This document shows, piece by piece, positions 9,310 to 19,579 of a stretch of DNA of 64,000 bases. Origin of the DNA: an uncultured Eubacteriales bacterium. GTDB taxonomy: Bacteria; Bacillota; Clostridia; Oscillospirales; Acutalibacteraceae. The notes under the pieces were generated by a model. It was not told the origin of the DNA. It did no database searches and was given only the letters and a program-made list of their open reading frames with translations. The stretch covers positions 2,776 to 66,775 of the forward strand of contig ONDB01000055.1 in the NCBI GenBank assembly GCA_900316485.1. Reading direction: 5' to 3'. Each line of letters opens with the position of its first letter. The stretch's first letter is position 1. Position numbers and translations under genes: made by a program.

Positions 9310-10044
9310 TTATCTGTATATTCTGGCGCCGAAAAGTCCAGATCCGACTCTTATCATATTTGCGCCCGACAGAATTGCTTCCTGATAATCATCAGACATA
9401 CCCATTGAAAGATAGTCCATACTTATATTATCCGATTTTTTCGATGAAATGTCAATAAACAGTTTGTACATTTTATCAAAAAATTTAAAAATTTCTTGTT
9501 TAGTGTCACAAATCGGGGGAACAGACATCAAACCTTTGATTTTAATTCCATCCAATTCAGCGATTTTTGCCGCTAATTCCTCAACTTCTTCTTGGAAAAC
9601 TCCGGATTTATTCTCTTCTCTGCCAATATTCACCTCAAGGAGAATATCCGTAACAAGCTCATTTTTGACAGACTGTCTGGATATTTCCTGAGCAAGCTTA
9701 ATGCTGTCCACTGACTGGATCATTGAAACCTTGCCCACAATCTGTCTGACTTTATTTGTCTGCAAATGACCGATAAACTGAAGATCAGTATTTTCAAGAT
9801 CATACTTTTCATATTTTGAAAGCAGTTCCTGAACTCTGTTTTCACCGATATGATCAAGTCCAAGAGAAACAGCGTAATTAATATACTCAGGCTCTACTGT
9901 TTTTGTAGCTGCAAGAAAGGTAATATCTTCTTTTTTTCTACCGCTTTTTTCAGATGCCTTTTCTATATTACCGCATATTTCATAGTAATTAGCCTTTATG
10001 TCATCAAACCTACGAGCTTGTTCTGTCAATAATTTTTCCGTCAT
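9310..10044 (-). CDS. YggS/YlmE-family PLP-binding protein
   Basis: 244 aa with FLAATKT, HIGENRVQE and HLQTNKV motifs. Confidence 0.9.
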   Translation of the reverse strand: MTEKLLTEQARRFDDIKANYYEICGNIEKASEKSGRKKEDITFLAATKTVEPEYINYAVSLGLDHIGENRVQELLSKYEKYDLENTDLQFIGHLQTNKVRQIVGKVSMIQSVDSIKLAQEISRQSVKNELVTDILLEVNIGREENKSGVFQEEVEELAAKIAELDGIKIKGLMSVPPICDTKQEIFKFFDKMYKLFIDISSKKSDNISMDYLSMGMSDDYQEAILSGANMIRVGSGLFGARIYR

Positions 10045-11326
10045 ACAAGTTTGCTCCCTCCACTACTACCTCATCATATGCTTTTAAAACGCCTATTTCG
10101 TCAGTCACCAGATCTTCATCCTTAGGATTCTGCATACATATGATAAAGCCTTCACCGGTATATAAAGGAACGATCTGTTTAAACAAAATCTCATTTCCTA
10201 CCAGAATATAAACTCCTTTTACAGATTTTGTTTCAGTTTTCTCCTTACCGGTTTTATCTGTAACAGTTTCAGTGATCTGTTGATCATGTACAGCGTTTCT
10301 TGATACATAGATTCCGTTGTAGCTGTTCTTGATTATCGAAATATCTTCTCTGCGTAGATTAATCATTTCCTTATTCATGTAGCTGCCTTTCAGAACAACT
10401 ACTGCAGGGGAATTTTTATTCTCCTGATTTATACAATGAAGCTCTACAGAGATATTATGATTATTTGCAAGCGGAATATCAACACTGAGGGAAGATGATT
10501 CCTTAATCTGAATTGCCTCCTCAGCAGAAACCTCACAGGCAACATACCAGTAAACGCCCTCTACGGTCTTTCCCACAACATTTTTACCAACAGATCTTCT
10601 TGTTATCTTTTTTTCATCAAGATCTCCGATTTTAATGCTGCTCAGAGCTTTTGAATTATAAAAGCTTTCATATCCATCAACAGTACTGGAAAAATATCCG
10701 GTCTGCGAAGAAATAATGGATTTTGCTTTATTGTTTTCATATTTCTTTTTAAGCTCCGAAACCTTTTTACTGAGTTCTTCTATTTTTTTAGAATAACCCT
10801 GGGTTTTACCAGTGACAAGCTGTCTCTGATTTATGCTGTACAGTGCCGCGGTAATATTTTTATCAGCATCAGAAAAATCCTTCTCAGAAGCATTAAGCTT
10901 TGCCTTTGAAAGACTGCTGCTGATATTCTTATCCAGCTCATCAGGTGCAAGCAGTATACTATTCACTGAATTGTCAAGCTGCTCAAGATCCTTTATTTGC
11001 TGCTCCAGTTTTTCAATATACTTTTTGTCATTGGCAGCCTGAGCATCTGTATAGACATAAGCAACAGCCTCATCCTTAGAGATTTTTTCAGCATCGTTAA
11101 GCAAATATGATATTACTCCGCCGCCATCATATGTGATAAGCTGTTCATCACGAATAAAATATCCCTTTGCCGGTATAGAATCGGAAACCGTCATAATATT
11201 TGCTGTTTCAGTTTTTACCTGAGTAAAATTAGCCTTAAGTCCGACAGAAACAATGTATGCTACTATCAGAATAGAAACAACGGCAACGATTATCCTTTTA
11301 ATTATTGTTGTACTATCCTTTTCCAT
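10010..11326 (-). CDS. HlyD-like membrane-anchored coiled-coil / beta-barrel protein
   Basis: Start set at MEKDST (ATG 11324-11326, GGAGGAG SD). One N-terminal TM, a long coiled-coil segment and a C-terminal beta-rich region. Its 3' end overlaps the ylmE start by 35 nt. The family call is tentative. Confidence 0.5.
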   Translation of the reverse strand: MEKDSTTIIKRIIVAVVSILIVAYIVSVGLKANFTQVKTETANIMTVSDSIPAKGYFIRDEQLITYDGGGVISYLLNDAEKISKDEAVAYVYTDAQAANDKKYIEKLEQQIKDLEQLDNSVNSILLAPDELDKNISSSLSKAKLNASEKDFSDADKNITAALYSINQRQLVTGKTQGYSKKIEELSKKVSELKKKYENNKAKSIISSQTGYFSSTVDGYESFYNSKALSSIKIGDLDEKKITRRSVGKNVVGKTVEGVYWYVACEVSAEEAIQIKESSSLSVDIPLANNHNISVELHCINQENKNSPAVVVLKGSYMNKEMINLRREDISIIKNSYNGIYVSRNAVHDQQITETVTDKTGKEKTETKSVKGVYILVGNEILFKQIVPLYTGEGFIICMQNPKDEDLVTDEIGVLKAYDEVVVEGANLYDGKIIDRTSS

Positions 11327-11468
11327 TCTACTCCTCCATAACAACAAACGGACAATCAAAAATCTGCCAAAAAAACAGAGCATCCGTTTTTTCAACTGTT
11401 TATATTTGAGGATACAGCTTTATTTTACCACTATTAAGCTATTTTGTAAACAGTAATTATATAATAAT

Positions 11469-12398
11469 TTACATTTCCTGCTCAATTATTTTGACTGCCT
11501 CATCAAAGACATTATCACATTTATCGGCCATAATCCAATTAATATATTTATCCCTTCTTAACCAGGTAAGCTGACGCTTTGCATATCTTCTGGTTTCTTG
11601 TTTTAAATGTTCAACAGCTTGCTCAAGTGTTTTTTCTCCGTCAAGATACGGTTTGAGCTCTTTATATCCGATAGCAGCTGATGCGGTTATGCTGTTTTCC
11701 TTTTCGTAAAAACTTTTTGCTTCATCTATCAATCCGTTTTCAAGCATGATATCCACACGCTTGTTGATTCTGTCATAAAGAACCTGTCTATCAGCATATG
11801 TTATTCCGATAACTATACTTTTATATGGCGACGGAGTTTCTCTCGAACGTCTTACAGCCTCTGTCATAGTCATACCAGTCAGCTTATATATTTCGATTGC
11901 TCTTATTATTCTTTTGGAATTAGTGGGAAGAAGAGTCGCAGCTGTATCAGGATCAATAAGTCTTAATTCTTCAAGCAGCCTCTCTCCCCCCTCACTTTTA
12001 TATCTATCTGTAAGCTCACTTCTGAGCTGGGGATCTGTTTTTTCCTCGGTAAACTTGATATTTTCCAGAAACGATCTGACATAAAGACCTGTACCTCCGC
12101 ATAGTATCGGAAGCTTTCCCCGCCCGATAATATCTCTTGCAGCCTCATTTGCCATTTTTACATATTCAGAAACGGAAAAAGTATCCACGGGATCCAGAAA
12201 ATCCATAATGTGATGCCTGATACCCTGCATTTCCTCCTTATCTGGTTTTGCAGTTGCTATGGACATTCCTTTATATATCTGCATAGAATCAGCCGATATA
12301 ATTTCACCGTCATATTTTTTTGCAAGCATTATCGATAGAGACGTTTTGCCTGATGCGGTAGGTCCCACAACTGCAATTAGTTTTGGTCTGTTATCCAT
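11469..12398 (-). CDS. miaA: tRNA dimethylallyltransferase
   Basis: P-loop GPTASGKT followed by typical MiaA sequence (SADSMQIYKGM). Confidence 0.95.
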   Translation of the reverse strand: MDNRPKLIAVVGPTASGKTSLSIMLAKKYDGEIISADSMQIYKGMSIATAKPDKEEMQGIRHHIMDFLDPVDTFSVSEYVKMANEAARDIIGRGKLPILCGGTGLYVRSFLENIKFTEEKTDPQLRSELTDRYKSEGGERLLEELRLIDPDTAATLLPTNSKRIIRAIEIYKLTGMTMTEAVRRSRETPSPYKSIVIGITYADRQVLYDRINKRVDIMLENGLIDEAKSFYEKENSITASAAIGYKELKPYLDGEKTLEQAVEHLKQETRRYAKRQLTWLRRDKYINWIMADKCDNVFDEAVKIIEQEM

Positions 12399-12435
12399 TT
12401 TACTCTCCTGTATATCTTATTTTAATTATAAACAA

Positions 12436-13194
12436 TTATCCATTATTACTGATAAGAATTTTCAAAGCCTCAACAGCTGTATTTATTGCAGTCATTGTAT
12501 CAAACGAATCCGGATCGATTATTCCGGCATCCCTTCTTTCCTGATTCCACAGAGCATGAAGAACGCATCCAGCCTTGATTTTTCTTACCTGAGCTACTGT
12601 AAATAGCGCTGCCGCTTCCATTTCCGATGCAAGTACTCCGAGTTTTTTCCACATTTTCCATTTTTCTTTCAAAACAATAGCAACAGGCATTGTATCAGGA
12701 GAATGCTGACCGTAGAAGGAGTCCTTACTCTGAATAACACCGGTATGATATGGTGTACCGTTTTTTCTTGCAGCACTTATTAATGCTGAAATAATGTCAT
12801 AATCAGCCACAGCAGGAAATTCCACAGGAGCATATTCTCTTGTAGTTCCTTCCATACGTACTGCAGCTGTAGGAATTATAAGATCTCCAGGAATAACATC
12901 CATCTGCATTCCACCGCACGTACCTATCCGTATCATGTTCCTGACACCAGAAATATATAGCTCTTCAAGAGCAATTGTAGCTGAGGGACCTCCAATTCCT
13001 GTCGATGTAACAATTACCTTTTTACCTTCTAACATTCCGGCAACAGAACGGAATTCCCTGTTTTCTGCGATGAATTCAGGTGAATCAAGCAAAGATGCTA
13101 TCTTATCAACACGTCCTGGGTCACCGGGAAGGATCGCATATTCTGCGCCAAAATTCACAGGAACCGAAATATGAAAAAGCTTTTCATCATTCAT
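12436..13194 (-). CDS. nucleoside phosphorylase (Udp/DeoD, PNP family 1)
   Basis: Motifs LPGDPGR, STGIGGPS, RIGTCGG and EMEAAAL. Start moved to ATG 13192-13194, which has an AGGAGG SD; the ORF-track extension has none. Confidence 0.8.
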   Translation of the reverse strand: MNDEKLFHISVPVNFGAEYAILPGDPGRVDKIASLLDSPEFIAENREFRSVAGMLEGKKVIVTSTGIGGPSATIALEELYISGVRNMIRIGTCGGMQMDVIPGDLIIPTAAVRMEGTTREYAPVEFPAVADYDIISALISAARKNGTPYHTGVIQSKDSFYGQHSPDTMPVAIVLKEKWKMWKKLGVLASEMEAAALFTVAQVRKIKAGCVLHALWNQERRDAGIIDPDSFDTMTAINTAVEALKILISNNG

Positions 13195-13309
13195 GTTATT
13201 TTCCTCCTTCATACGTAAAGCCTTCCCTGTCGGAAAGGCTTTAAAATCATTCAGAATATCAAAAACTATCATCAGAATCTGATACTGAACAAACAACAGC
13301 ATCAGACTG

Positions 13310-14239
13310 TCAGAACATATCCTTACGTTTAAGAAACAAATAAACAACTATCATCAGCACAGCAGAAATTGCAAGAGGGAACCACCATATTTTATCAAAA
13401 GGAAGTCCTCCGATAATATTCATTCCATAAATACCGGATATTACTGTAGGTACTGAAACGAGCAATGTAAGAGATGCCTGAATCTTCATAATATCATTAA
13501 GATTATTTGAAATAATCGAAGCAAAAACATCCATCGTTCCATTAAGGATGTTAAGGTATGTAGCTGTCATATCAACAGCCTGCTTAACCTCGATAAGTAC
13601 ATCTTCCAGAAGATCCTGATCTTCTTCGTAAAGCTTGATATACCTTCCTCTCATGATTCTTTCAAGGGTGATTTCATCAGACTTTAGTGATGATGAAAAA
13701 TAAACGAGAGATTTTTCTATATCAAGCAGCTGATTAAGTTCTTTATTTTTTGCACTTTTTCTAAGATTTCTTTCAATACGATTACTGATCTTATCAATCT
13801 GCTTCAGATACTGAAGATATTTCGTAGCCATTCTCAGCATAATATGCAGAACAAAATGCGTCTTGTAATTAGTAACAACATTCCTCACAACGCCCTCGGA
13901 AAACTCTGTAAGAATAGTGCTTTCCTTCAGGGAAACTGTAATTACATTTCTGCTTGTTATCATGATACCAATAGGCATAGTTGAATAAGTAATACTTCCG
14001 GATACTTTTTCAACAACAGGTACATCAATGATGATAAGTGTAGTATCATCTTCGCTGTCTATATGGGCTGATTCTTCTTCATCAAGTGCACTGCGCAGAA
14101 GTTCAGGAGGAATATCAAAAAAATCCAGAAGATAATCTACTTCCTCTTCATCAGGTGCAACGCAATTAACCCAGCAGCCTTCCTCGTAGTTTTTTAATTC
14201 TTCTATCCTTCCGTTTACGGTCTTATAATAATTGATCAC
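13310..14239 (-). CDS. corA: CorA-family Mg2+/Co2+ transporter
   Basis: YGMN signature (GIYGMNIIGGLPF) before the last TM. GTG start with an AAAGGAAGAG SD. Confidence 0.9.
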   Translation of the reverse strand: MINYYKTVNGRIEELKNYEEGCWVNCVAPDEEEVDYLLDFFDIPPELLRSALDEEESAHIDSEDDTTLIIIDVPVVEKVSGSITYSTMPIGIMITSRNVITVSLKESTILTEFSEGVVRNVVTNYKTHFVLHIMLRMATKYLQYLKQIDKISNRIERNLRKSAKNKELNQLLDIEKSLVYFSSSLKSDEITLERIMRGRYIKLYEEDQDLLEDVLIEVKQAVDMTATYLNILNGTMDVFASIISNNLNDIMKIQASLTLLVSVPTVISGIYGMNIIGGLPFDKIWWFPLAISAVLMIVVYLFLKRKDMF

Positions 14240-14286
14240 TGGTGCTCTTCCTTTCCGCAGAAAAGCAATCTACACAGCACAGCAAA

Positions 14287-14367
14287 TCAAATAAAAAAAC
14301 AGCGGCAATGCATATATGCTTTCCCCGATTTTTGAATAGATTGTTTACCATAAGGGTCAGAACTCAT
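14287..14367 (-). CDS. candidate 26-codon leader peptide in the corA 5' leader
   Basis: Hand-translated MSSDPYGKQSIQKSGKAYMHCRCFFI*. ATG at 14365-14367 is preceded by GAGGTGG plus a 6-nt spacer. The reading frame runs through the terminator-like hairpin and its U-tract. Confidence 0.3.
   Translation of the reverse strand: MSSDPYGKQSIQKSGKAYMHCRCFFI
14293..14327 (-). terminator. terminator-like hairpin plus U7 inside the corA leader (possible attenuator)
   Basis: Minus strand reads cggggaaagcatatatgcattgccgctg (an imperfect stem) followed by ttttttt. It lies between the predicted promoter and the corA start. Confidence 0.4.
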
Positions 14368-14433
14368 ATATTACCACCTCGAATAGCTGAATTATAACAT
14401 AATTAATCCAGAACATTACACAAATACATATAA

Positions 14434-14462
14434 ATTATAACCAATTTTCAAGAAATAATCAA
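14434..14462 (-). promoter_or_regulatory. sigma-A-type promoter candidate for the corA leader
   Basis: Minus strand TTGATT (14457-14462), a 17-nt spacer, then TATAAT (14434-14439). Confidence 0.4.
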
Positions 14463-14539
14463 GTATATTTTCATTTGATTATCTATTATTTTGTTATCAT
14501 GGAAGAACAATGATAAACTGAAACTATAATGTATTCTGA

Positions 14540-16000
14540 TTATTGAAAACATTCTATAGTATTGCTTACCACTACATAACTGCCGTTTATAAATGATCTC
14601 AGATGAACAGAATAACTGTCTTTGGTAAGTGAACGGATGAGATCAGCTGACAGAACTGTTTCATTTACAGCATTTCTTCTGAGTACATAGTTTCCTTTAG
14701 AATCCATTATAACCCAAGTCAGTGACTTATATTCTTCAGCTGTTTCTGTACGGCGGATATCTCCGTTTTCTTCTTTTGTCAGCGTAAAAATTGTTTCATC
14801 AGCATATTTAGCGTTATTTGAATCGTAATAGCAAAAATATTCGCTTTTTTCTCCGTTAACATATACGTCAGTATTGCAGTTTTCATAAACTCCGTCTGAA
14901 CCTGATCCTATAAAACTGCCGGTGTTGTTATCACTTCCGTCAACTCTTCCTGAAACGCTGACATTTTTAAAATACATAGGTCCGTGACATTCTCCGCAAA
15001 GCATTCCCGTACAGCCATAACCCCTGACTAATGCATTTTTTACTGTCAGATTAGATATTTCAACACCAGTCGCATAGCCGATAAGACCGGTATCGGCAGA
15101 TCCATAATCAATCTTAAGTCCCTTAATAGTATGACCATTTCCATTAATGGAAACTACAATGAACTTACCGTCACTAGTACCCATAGGTACCCACTGTAGT
15201 TTTCTAAGATCCAAATCAGCTTCAATACTAATCGTTATATTTCCGCCTTTTGATAATGACTCATTCACAAGACCATTTGCATAATAAACAACTGATGCAA
15301 GCTGAGAAGCATTCTTCACGTGAAAATCCGGAGCATTTTCTGCCGCCCAGCGCTTATCTGCAATTGAAAGAATATCCCCTGTAACAGAATCTTTCTCCCA
15401 CGATGTAAGTTTTTTATCCTCATATTTTTTATAGGAATATTTATTTACATCATAACCCATTGATATACCGTATTCATACATATCAGCAAGCATATAATGA
15501 CCATTTTTTACAGTTTTTATTGTAACCTTGTTCTTATCTGTATCTAACGATATATTTTCTGATTTCTGAAATGAATCAGCCTTGTTGTCATAATATAAGA
15601 CAATAATATTACTTTCGGGAATATCAAAAAGCTCACTTTCTTTATAATACAAAGTAAGCTCTGAATCCTTCAGCTTATCACATCCTGACAGTAAAACCGG
15701 GTTACCAATAATTCCTTTGATACTGCTCATCCTATTGCTTCTTGGATAATCTGCATCAATTTTACAAACAGAATCAATACTGCTTTCGCAATTACCCTCA
15801 AGCGCTGCCATAAATACTTCAGGTTTTTCAATATTAATAATATCCTTTGTTATTCTCTGTCTGCCGCTGTAATATCTGGTTAATATCATTTCACTATAAT
15901 CCTTAGTGTCATGATAATAGTTATCATTGGTATAGTTGCAACCACAAAGTAAAGAAATAACAATTAATGCAGACAGAATTAATACTTTTGTGTGTTTCAT
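14540..16000 (-). CDS. lipoprotein with a GLUG-motif / beta-helix-like C-terminal region
   Basis: Signal peptide with lipobox LLCGC. The C-terminal half has the pattern INGNGHTIKGLKI...GLIGYATGVEISNLTVKNALVRG...GMLCGE, reminiscent of GLUG-repeat surface proteins. Confidence 0.55.
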   Translation of the reverse strand: MKHTKVLILSALIVISLLCGCNYTNDNYYHDTKDYSEMILTRYYSGRQRITKDIINIEKPEVFMAALEGNCESSIDSVCKIDADYPRSNRMSSIKGIIGNPVLLSGCDKLKDSELTLYYKESELFDIPESNIIVLYYDNKADSFQKSENISLDTDKNKVTIKTVKNGHYMLADMYEYGISMGYDVNKYSYKKYEDKKLTSWEKDSVTGDILSIADKRWAAENAPDFHVKNASQLASVVYYANGLVNESLSKGGNITISIEADLDLRKLQWVPMGTSDGKFIVVSINGNGHTIKGLKIDYGSADTGLIGYATGVEISNLTVKNALVRGYGCTGMLCGECHGPMYFKNVSVSGRVDGSDNNTGSFIGSGSDGVYENCNTDVYVNGEKSEYFCYYDSNNAKYADETIFTLTKEENGDIRRTETAEEYKSLTWVIMDSKGNYVLRRNAVNETVLSADLIRSLTKDSYSVHLRSFINGSYVVVSNTIECFQ

Positions 16001-16011
16001 ATCTTATCAAC

Positions 16012-19000
16012 CTACTCTACAAAAACGATATTTTCACTGCCAATACGTTTTGAAATTTCCTTATACATTACCGGATTTACATCTACCCTTTTTGAATCAG
16101 GATCTCTGACTATCCTGTTATCATCAGTAAATTTGATAAACAGGTGTTCCGGGCCATCAAAAATATCAATCACCTGCATTGCTCTTATGTATTCAGTACA
16201 GCTGTCATTTTTCAAACGAAGGTAAAGACCTCTCGGTGTTTTTTTGCCTGCTGTCTTTCTCTTAGTTTCATCCTCATTAACCAACATAATCTTTTCACAT
16301 ATTATCTTACACGGCTCATCATCTTTTCGACTTACTGTGCCTTGTAATCTAACTATTCTGCCTTCTGTCAGCAATCCGTTGTATTCGTCAAACTGACGAG
16401 GAAAGACAATCGTTTCCAGACTTCCGTACTTATCCTCAATGCTGACAAAAGCCATTCTTGCATTATTTCTGGTTATCTTGGATTTTATCTTTGATATCAT
16501 ACAGATTATATCTGCTTTCATACCGTCAGGATAAGCGGTTCCCTCATCGCTTATGATTTCGTTAAGACGGTCCGTACCAAGTCTTTCGATCAGGCTGTCA
16601 TATTCTGAAAGCGGATGACCGCTGAAATAAATGCCGGTAATCTCCTTTTCCATTTCAAGCAGCTGAGAATGACTGAATTCCGCAACACCAGGCAGATCGG
16701 GAGAAATTGTATTCACTCCGGTGTCTGTCATAAAGAAATTCATCTGACCATCAAGAGAATTTTGTTTTTCCGTTGAAATAATATCCATGAACTTGTCTGC
16801 TGATGAAATCATCTGTCGGCGGTTTGCACCAAGTCCGTCAAGTGCGCCGGATCGGATAAGATTTTCAAGTGCTCTTTTATTAAGCTCTCTTCCGTACACC
16901 CTGCTGCAAAAATCGTAAAAACTTGTATAGGCTCCGTTCTCTCTGTTTCTTACAATAGAATCAATAAGCCCCTGGCCAATATTTTTAATAGCCTTTAGTC
17001 CGAATCTGATACTTTTATCGCTTATAGTAAATCCTGCTTCACTTTCATTGACACTTGGAGGCAGTACAGCTATTCCATGTTTTGCACATTCGTCAAGATA
17101 GACTGCTATCTTGACGCTGTCACCCAGAACACTTGACATCAAAGCACACAGATATTCCTTTGGATAATGATATTTTACATATGCTGTCTGATAAGAAATA
17201 TATGCATATGCAGCAGCATGTGCTCTGTTAAAGGCATATGAAGCAAAGCTTTCCATTTCAGAAAAGATATCAAGTGCAGTATTCTCATCTATTCCACGTC
17301 TTATACAGCCGTCCACAAGAATATCTCCGTTCTCATCGGTAAGTCCGTGGATAAAGATTTCCTTTTCTTCATCCATTACCCTTTTTTTCTTTTTTGCCAT
17401 TGCTCTTCTTACAATATCGGCTCTTCCAAGAGAATACCCCGCAAATGTACGGAATATTTGCATAACCTGCTCCTGATAAACTATACAGCCGTATGTAACA
17501 TCAAGAATTGGTTTCAGCAAAGGATGCTTATATGTGATCTTTTCGGGGTGATGACGGTTTTCGATATATCTCGGTATGGAATCCATTGGTCCGGGTCTGT
17601 ACAAAGAGATAACAGCAATGATATCCTCAAGACTCTGAGGACGAAGTCTTGAAAGAACAGCTTTCATACCCTTTGATTCAAACTGGAAAACACCCTCTGT
17701 ATCAGCTGCAGCATACATTTCAAATACACCCTTATCATCATCAGGTATAGTTGAAATATCAAAATCGGGATCATTTTTTCGTATCATCTGCTGGGCATAA
17801 TTGAGAACCGTAAGGTTTCTTAATCCCAGAAAATCCATTTTCAGCAGACCAAGCTCGTCAAGTTCGGTCATTGTATACTGGGTTACTACAGTATCATCAT
17901 TTTTCGCAAGCGGTACATATTCTGATACAGGTTTATCTGTAATAACAACTCCAGCTGCATGAGTTGTGGTATTTCTAGGTGTGCCCTCCAGCTTCATTGC
18001 AGTATCAATCAGATTTCTGACAACTTCATCACTTTCATAATACTTTTTAAATTCACCGGAGATTTCAAGAGATTTTTTTAATGTGATATTAAGTTCTTTT
18101 GGAACTAGCTTTGCAGCTTTATCACAGACAGAATAAGGAATATCAAGTGCACGTCCTACATCTTTTATAGCAGCTCTTGCAGCCATGGTACCAAATGCTA
18201 TTATCTGGGCCACATGATCTGAGCCATATCTTTCTATTACATAATCAATAACTTCCTGACGTCGGTCTGTACAGAAATCCACATCAAAATCAGGCATACT
18301 TACACGCTCTGGATTAAGAAATCTTTCAAACAGAAGATCGTACTTAATAGGATCGATCCTTGTTATTCCCATACAGTAAGCTGCAAGACTCCCTGCTCCG
18401 GATCCTCTTCCTGCACCCACAGGGATTCCCTTAGATCTTGCATAATTCACATAATCAGCAACAATCAGATAATAATCAATATAGCCCATCTGATTTACTA
18501 TATCAATTTCATATTCGAGACGGTCTGTTATTTCATTGGAAGGACTGTTTCCATAATATTTATGCAGACCTTCATAACAACGTTCACGAAAATATTTAAG
18601 ATGATCTCTCTCTCCGTGAGAAAGCTCAAATCTTGGCAGCTTGGTTTCTCCGAAATGTATTTCAAGATTGCATCTGCGGGCTATTTCTGCAGTATTTTCT
18701 ACAGCTTGCGGATATTCAGCAAAAAGCGTTTTCATCTCGTCTTCGCTTTTTAGATAAAACTCCATTGTTGGAAATGCCATAGGATTAGCGTCGTTTATTG
18801 TATGATTTGTCTGAATGCAAAGAAGTATATTCTGTATCCTGCTGTCCTCTTTCACAATATAGTGGCAGTCATTCGTTGCCGCAAGAGGAATATTCAGTTC
18901 CTGCGATATCCGAACAAGGCCGTGTATTATCCTTTTTTGTTCAGAAATGCCATGATCCTGCAGTTCCAGATAAAAATTATTCTCTCCGAATGTTTTTTTA

Positions 19001-19482
19001 TACCACCTTGCAAGGCTCACTGCCTCATCATAATTCCCATTCAGCAGCGCCTTAGGTATTTCTCCCGCAAGGCAGGCTGAAAGCGCAATAAGCCCATTAT
19101 GATATTTTTCAAGAAGTTCATGATCTACTCTGGGTTTGCTATAGAAGCCTTCTGTCCATGCATATGAATTAAGCTTCAATAGATTTTTATAACCTGTCTC
19201 ATTCTCACAGAGAAGAACAAGATGTCTGTTTTCCCTGTCAAACTGGGATTCACGGTCATATCGTCTTCTGGGAGATACATATACCTCGCATCCAATAATA
19301 GGCTTTATACCCTCAGATATGCAAGTCTTATAGAATTCAATTGCTCCATACATATTACCATGGTCAGTGATAGCAAGGCTGGTTTGTCCAAGATCCTTTG
19401 CTCTTTTTACCAGTTCAGGTATTTTACTTGCTCCGTCAAGAAGACTATACACCGTATGTACATGAAGATGTGTAAATGACAT
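16012..19482 (-). CDS. dnaE: DNA polymerase III alpha subunit
   Basis: PHP domain start MSFTHLHVHTVYSLLDG plus pol-III alpha core motifs. Start at ATG 19480-19482 with a GGAGG SD. Confidence 0.95.
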   Translation of the reverse strand: MSFTHLHVHTVYSLLDGASKIPELVKRAKDLGQTSLAITDHGNMYGAIEFYKTCISEGIKPIIGCEVYVSPRRRYDRESQFDRENRHLVLLCENETGYKNLLKLNSYAWTEGFYSKPRVDHELLEKYHNGLIALSACLAGEIPKALLNGNYDEAVSLARWYKKTFGENNFYLELQDHGISEQKRIIHGLVRISQELNIPLAATNDCHYIVKEDSRIQNILLCIQTNHTINDANPMAFPTMEFYLKSEDEMKTLFAEYPQAVENTAEIARRCNLEIHFGETKLPRFELSHGERDHLKYFRERCYEGLHKYYGNSPSNEITDRLEYEIDIVNQMGYIDYYLIVADYVNYARSKGIPVGAGRGSGAGSLAAYCMGITRIDPIKYDLLFERFLNPERVSMPDFDVDFCTDRRQEVIDYVIERYGSDHVAQIIAFGTMAARAAIKDVGRALDIPYSVCDKAAKLVPKELNITLKKSLEISGEFKKYYESDEVVRNLIDTAMKLEGTPRNTTTHAAGVVITDKPVSEYVPLAKNDDTVVTQYTMTELDELGLLKMDFLGLRNLTVLNYAQQMIRKNDPDFDISTIPDDDKGVFEMYAAADTEGVFQFESKGMKAVLSRLRPQSLEDIIAVISLYRPGPMDSIPRYIENRHHPEKITYKHPLLKPILDVTYGCIVYQEQVMQIFRTFAGYSLGRADIVRRAMAKKKKRVMDEEKEIFIHGLTDENGDILVDGCIRRGIDENTALDIFSEMESFASYAFNRAHAAAYAYISYQTAYVKYHYPKEYLCALMSSVLGDSVKIAVYLDECAKHGIAVLPPSVNESEAGFTISDKSIRFGLKAIKNIGQGLIDSIVRNRENGAYTSFYDFCSRVYGRELNKRALENLIRSGALDGLGANRRQMISSADKFMDIISTEKQNSLDGQMNFFMTDTGVNTISPDLPGVAEFSHSQLLEMEKEITGIYFSGHPLSEYDSLIERLGTDRLNEIISDEGTAYPDGMKADIICMISKIKSKITRNNARMAFVSIEDKYGSLETIVFPRQFDEYNGLLTEGRIVRLQGTVSRKDDEPCKIICEKIMLVNEDETKRKTAGKKTPRGLYLRLKNDSCTEYIRAMQVIDIFDGPEHLFIKFTDDNRIVRDPDSKRVDVNPVMYKEISKRIGSENIVFVE

Positions 19483-19579
19483 ATTGACCTCCGTATGCAA
19501 TAATAAAGATTCAATATAGAAAGCGGTTATTATTGATTCTGGTTATCATCATAGCTCTGTATTTCTTTTCCTCCGGTTT

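Noticed and set aside
13216-13243. Hairpin aaagccttccc-tgtc-ggaaaggcttt as the corA terminator
   Set aside because: It is a good stem, but there is no U-tract after it on the minus strand (acgtatg follows). I therefore do not call it a terminator; it may still stabilise the corA 3' end.
14240-14430. M-box (Mg2+) riboswitch in the corA leader
   Set aside because: The leader is AT-rich and short. I could not find the conserved M-box core (GGUGAGGCUCC..., GCCC.GAAA...). It is reported instead as a possible leader-peptide attenuator.
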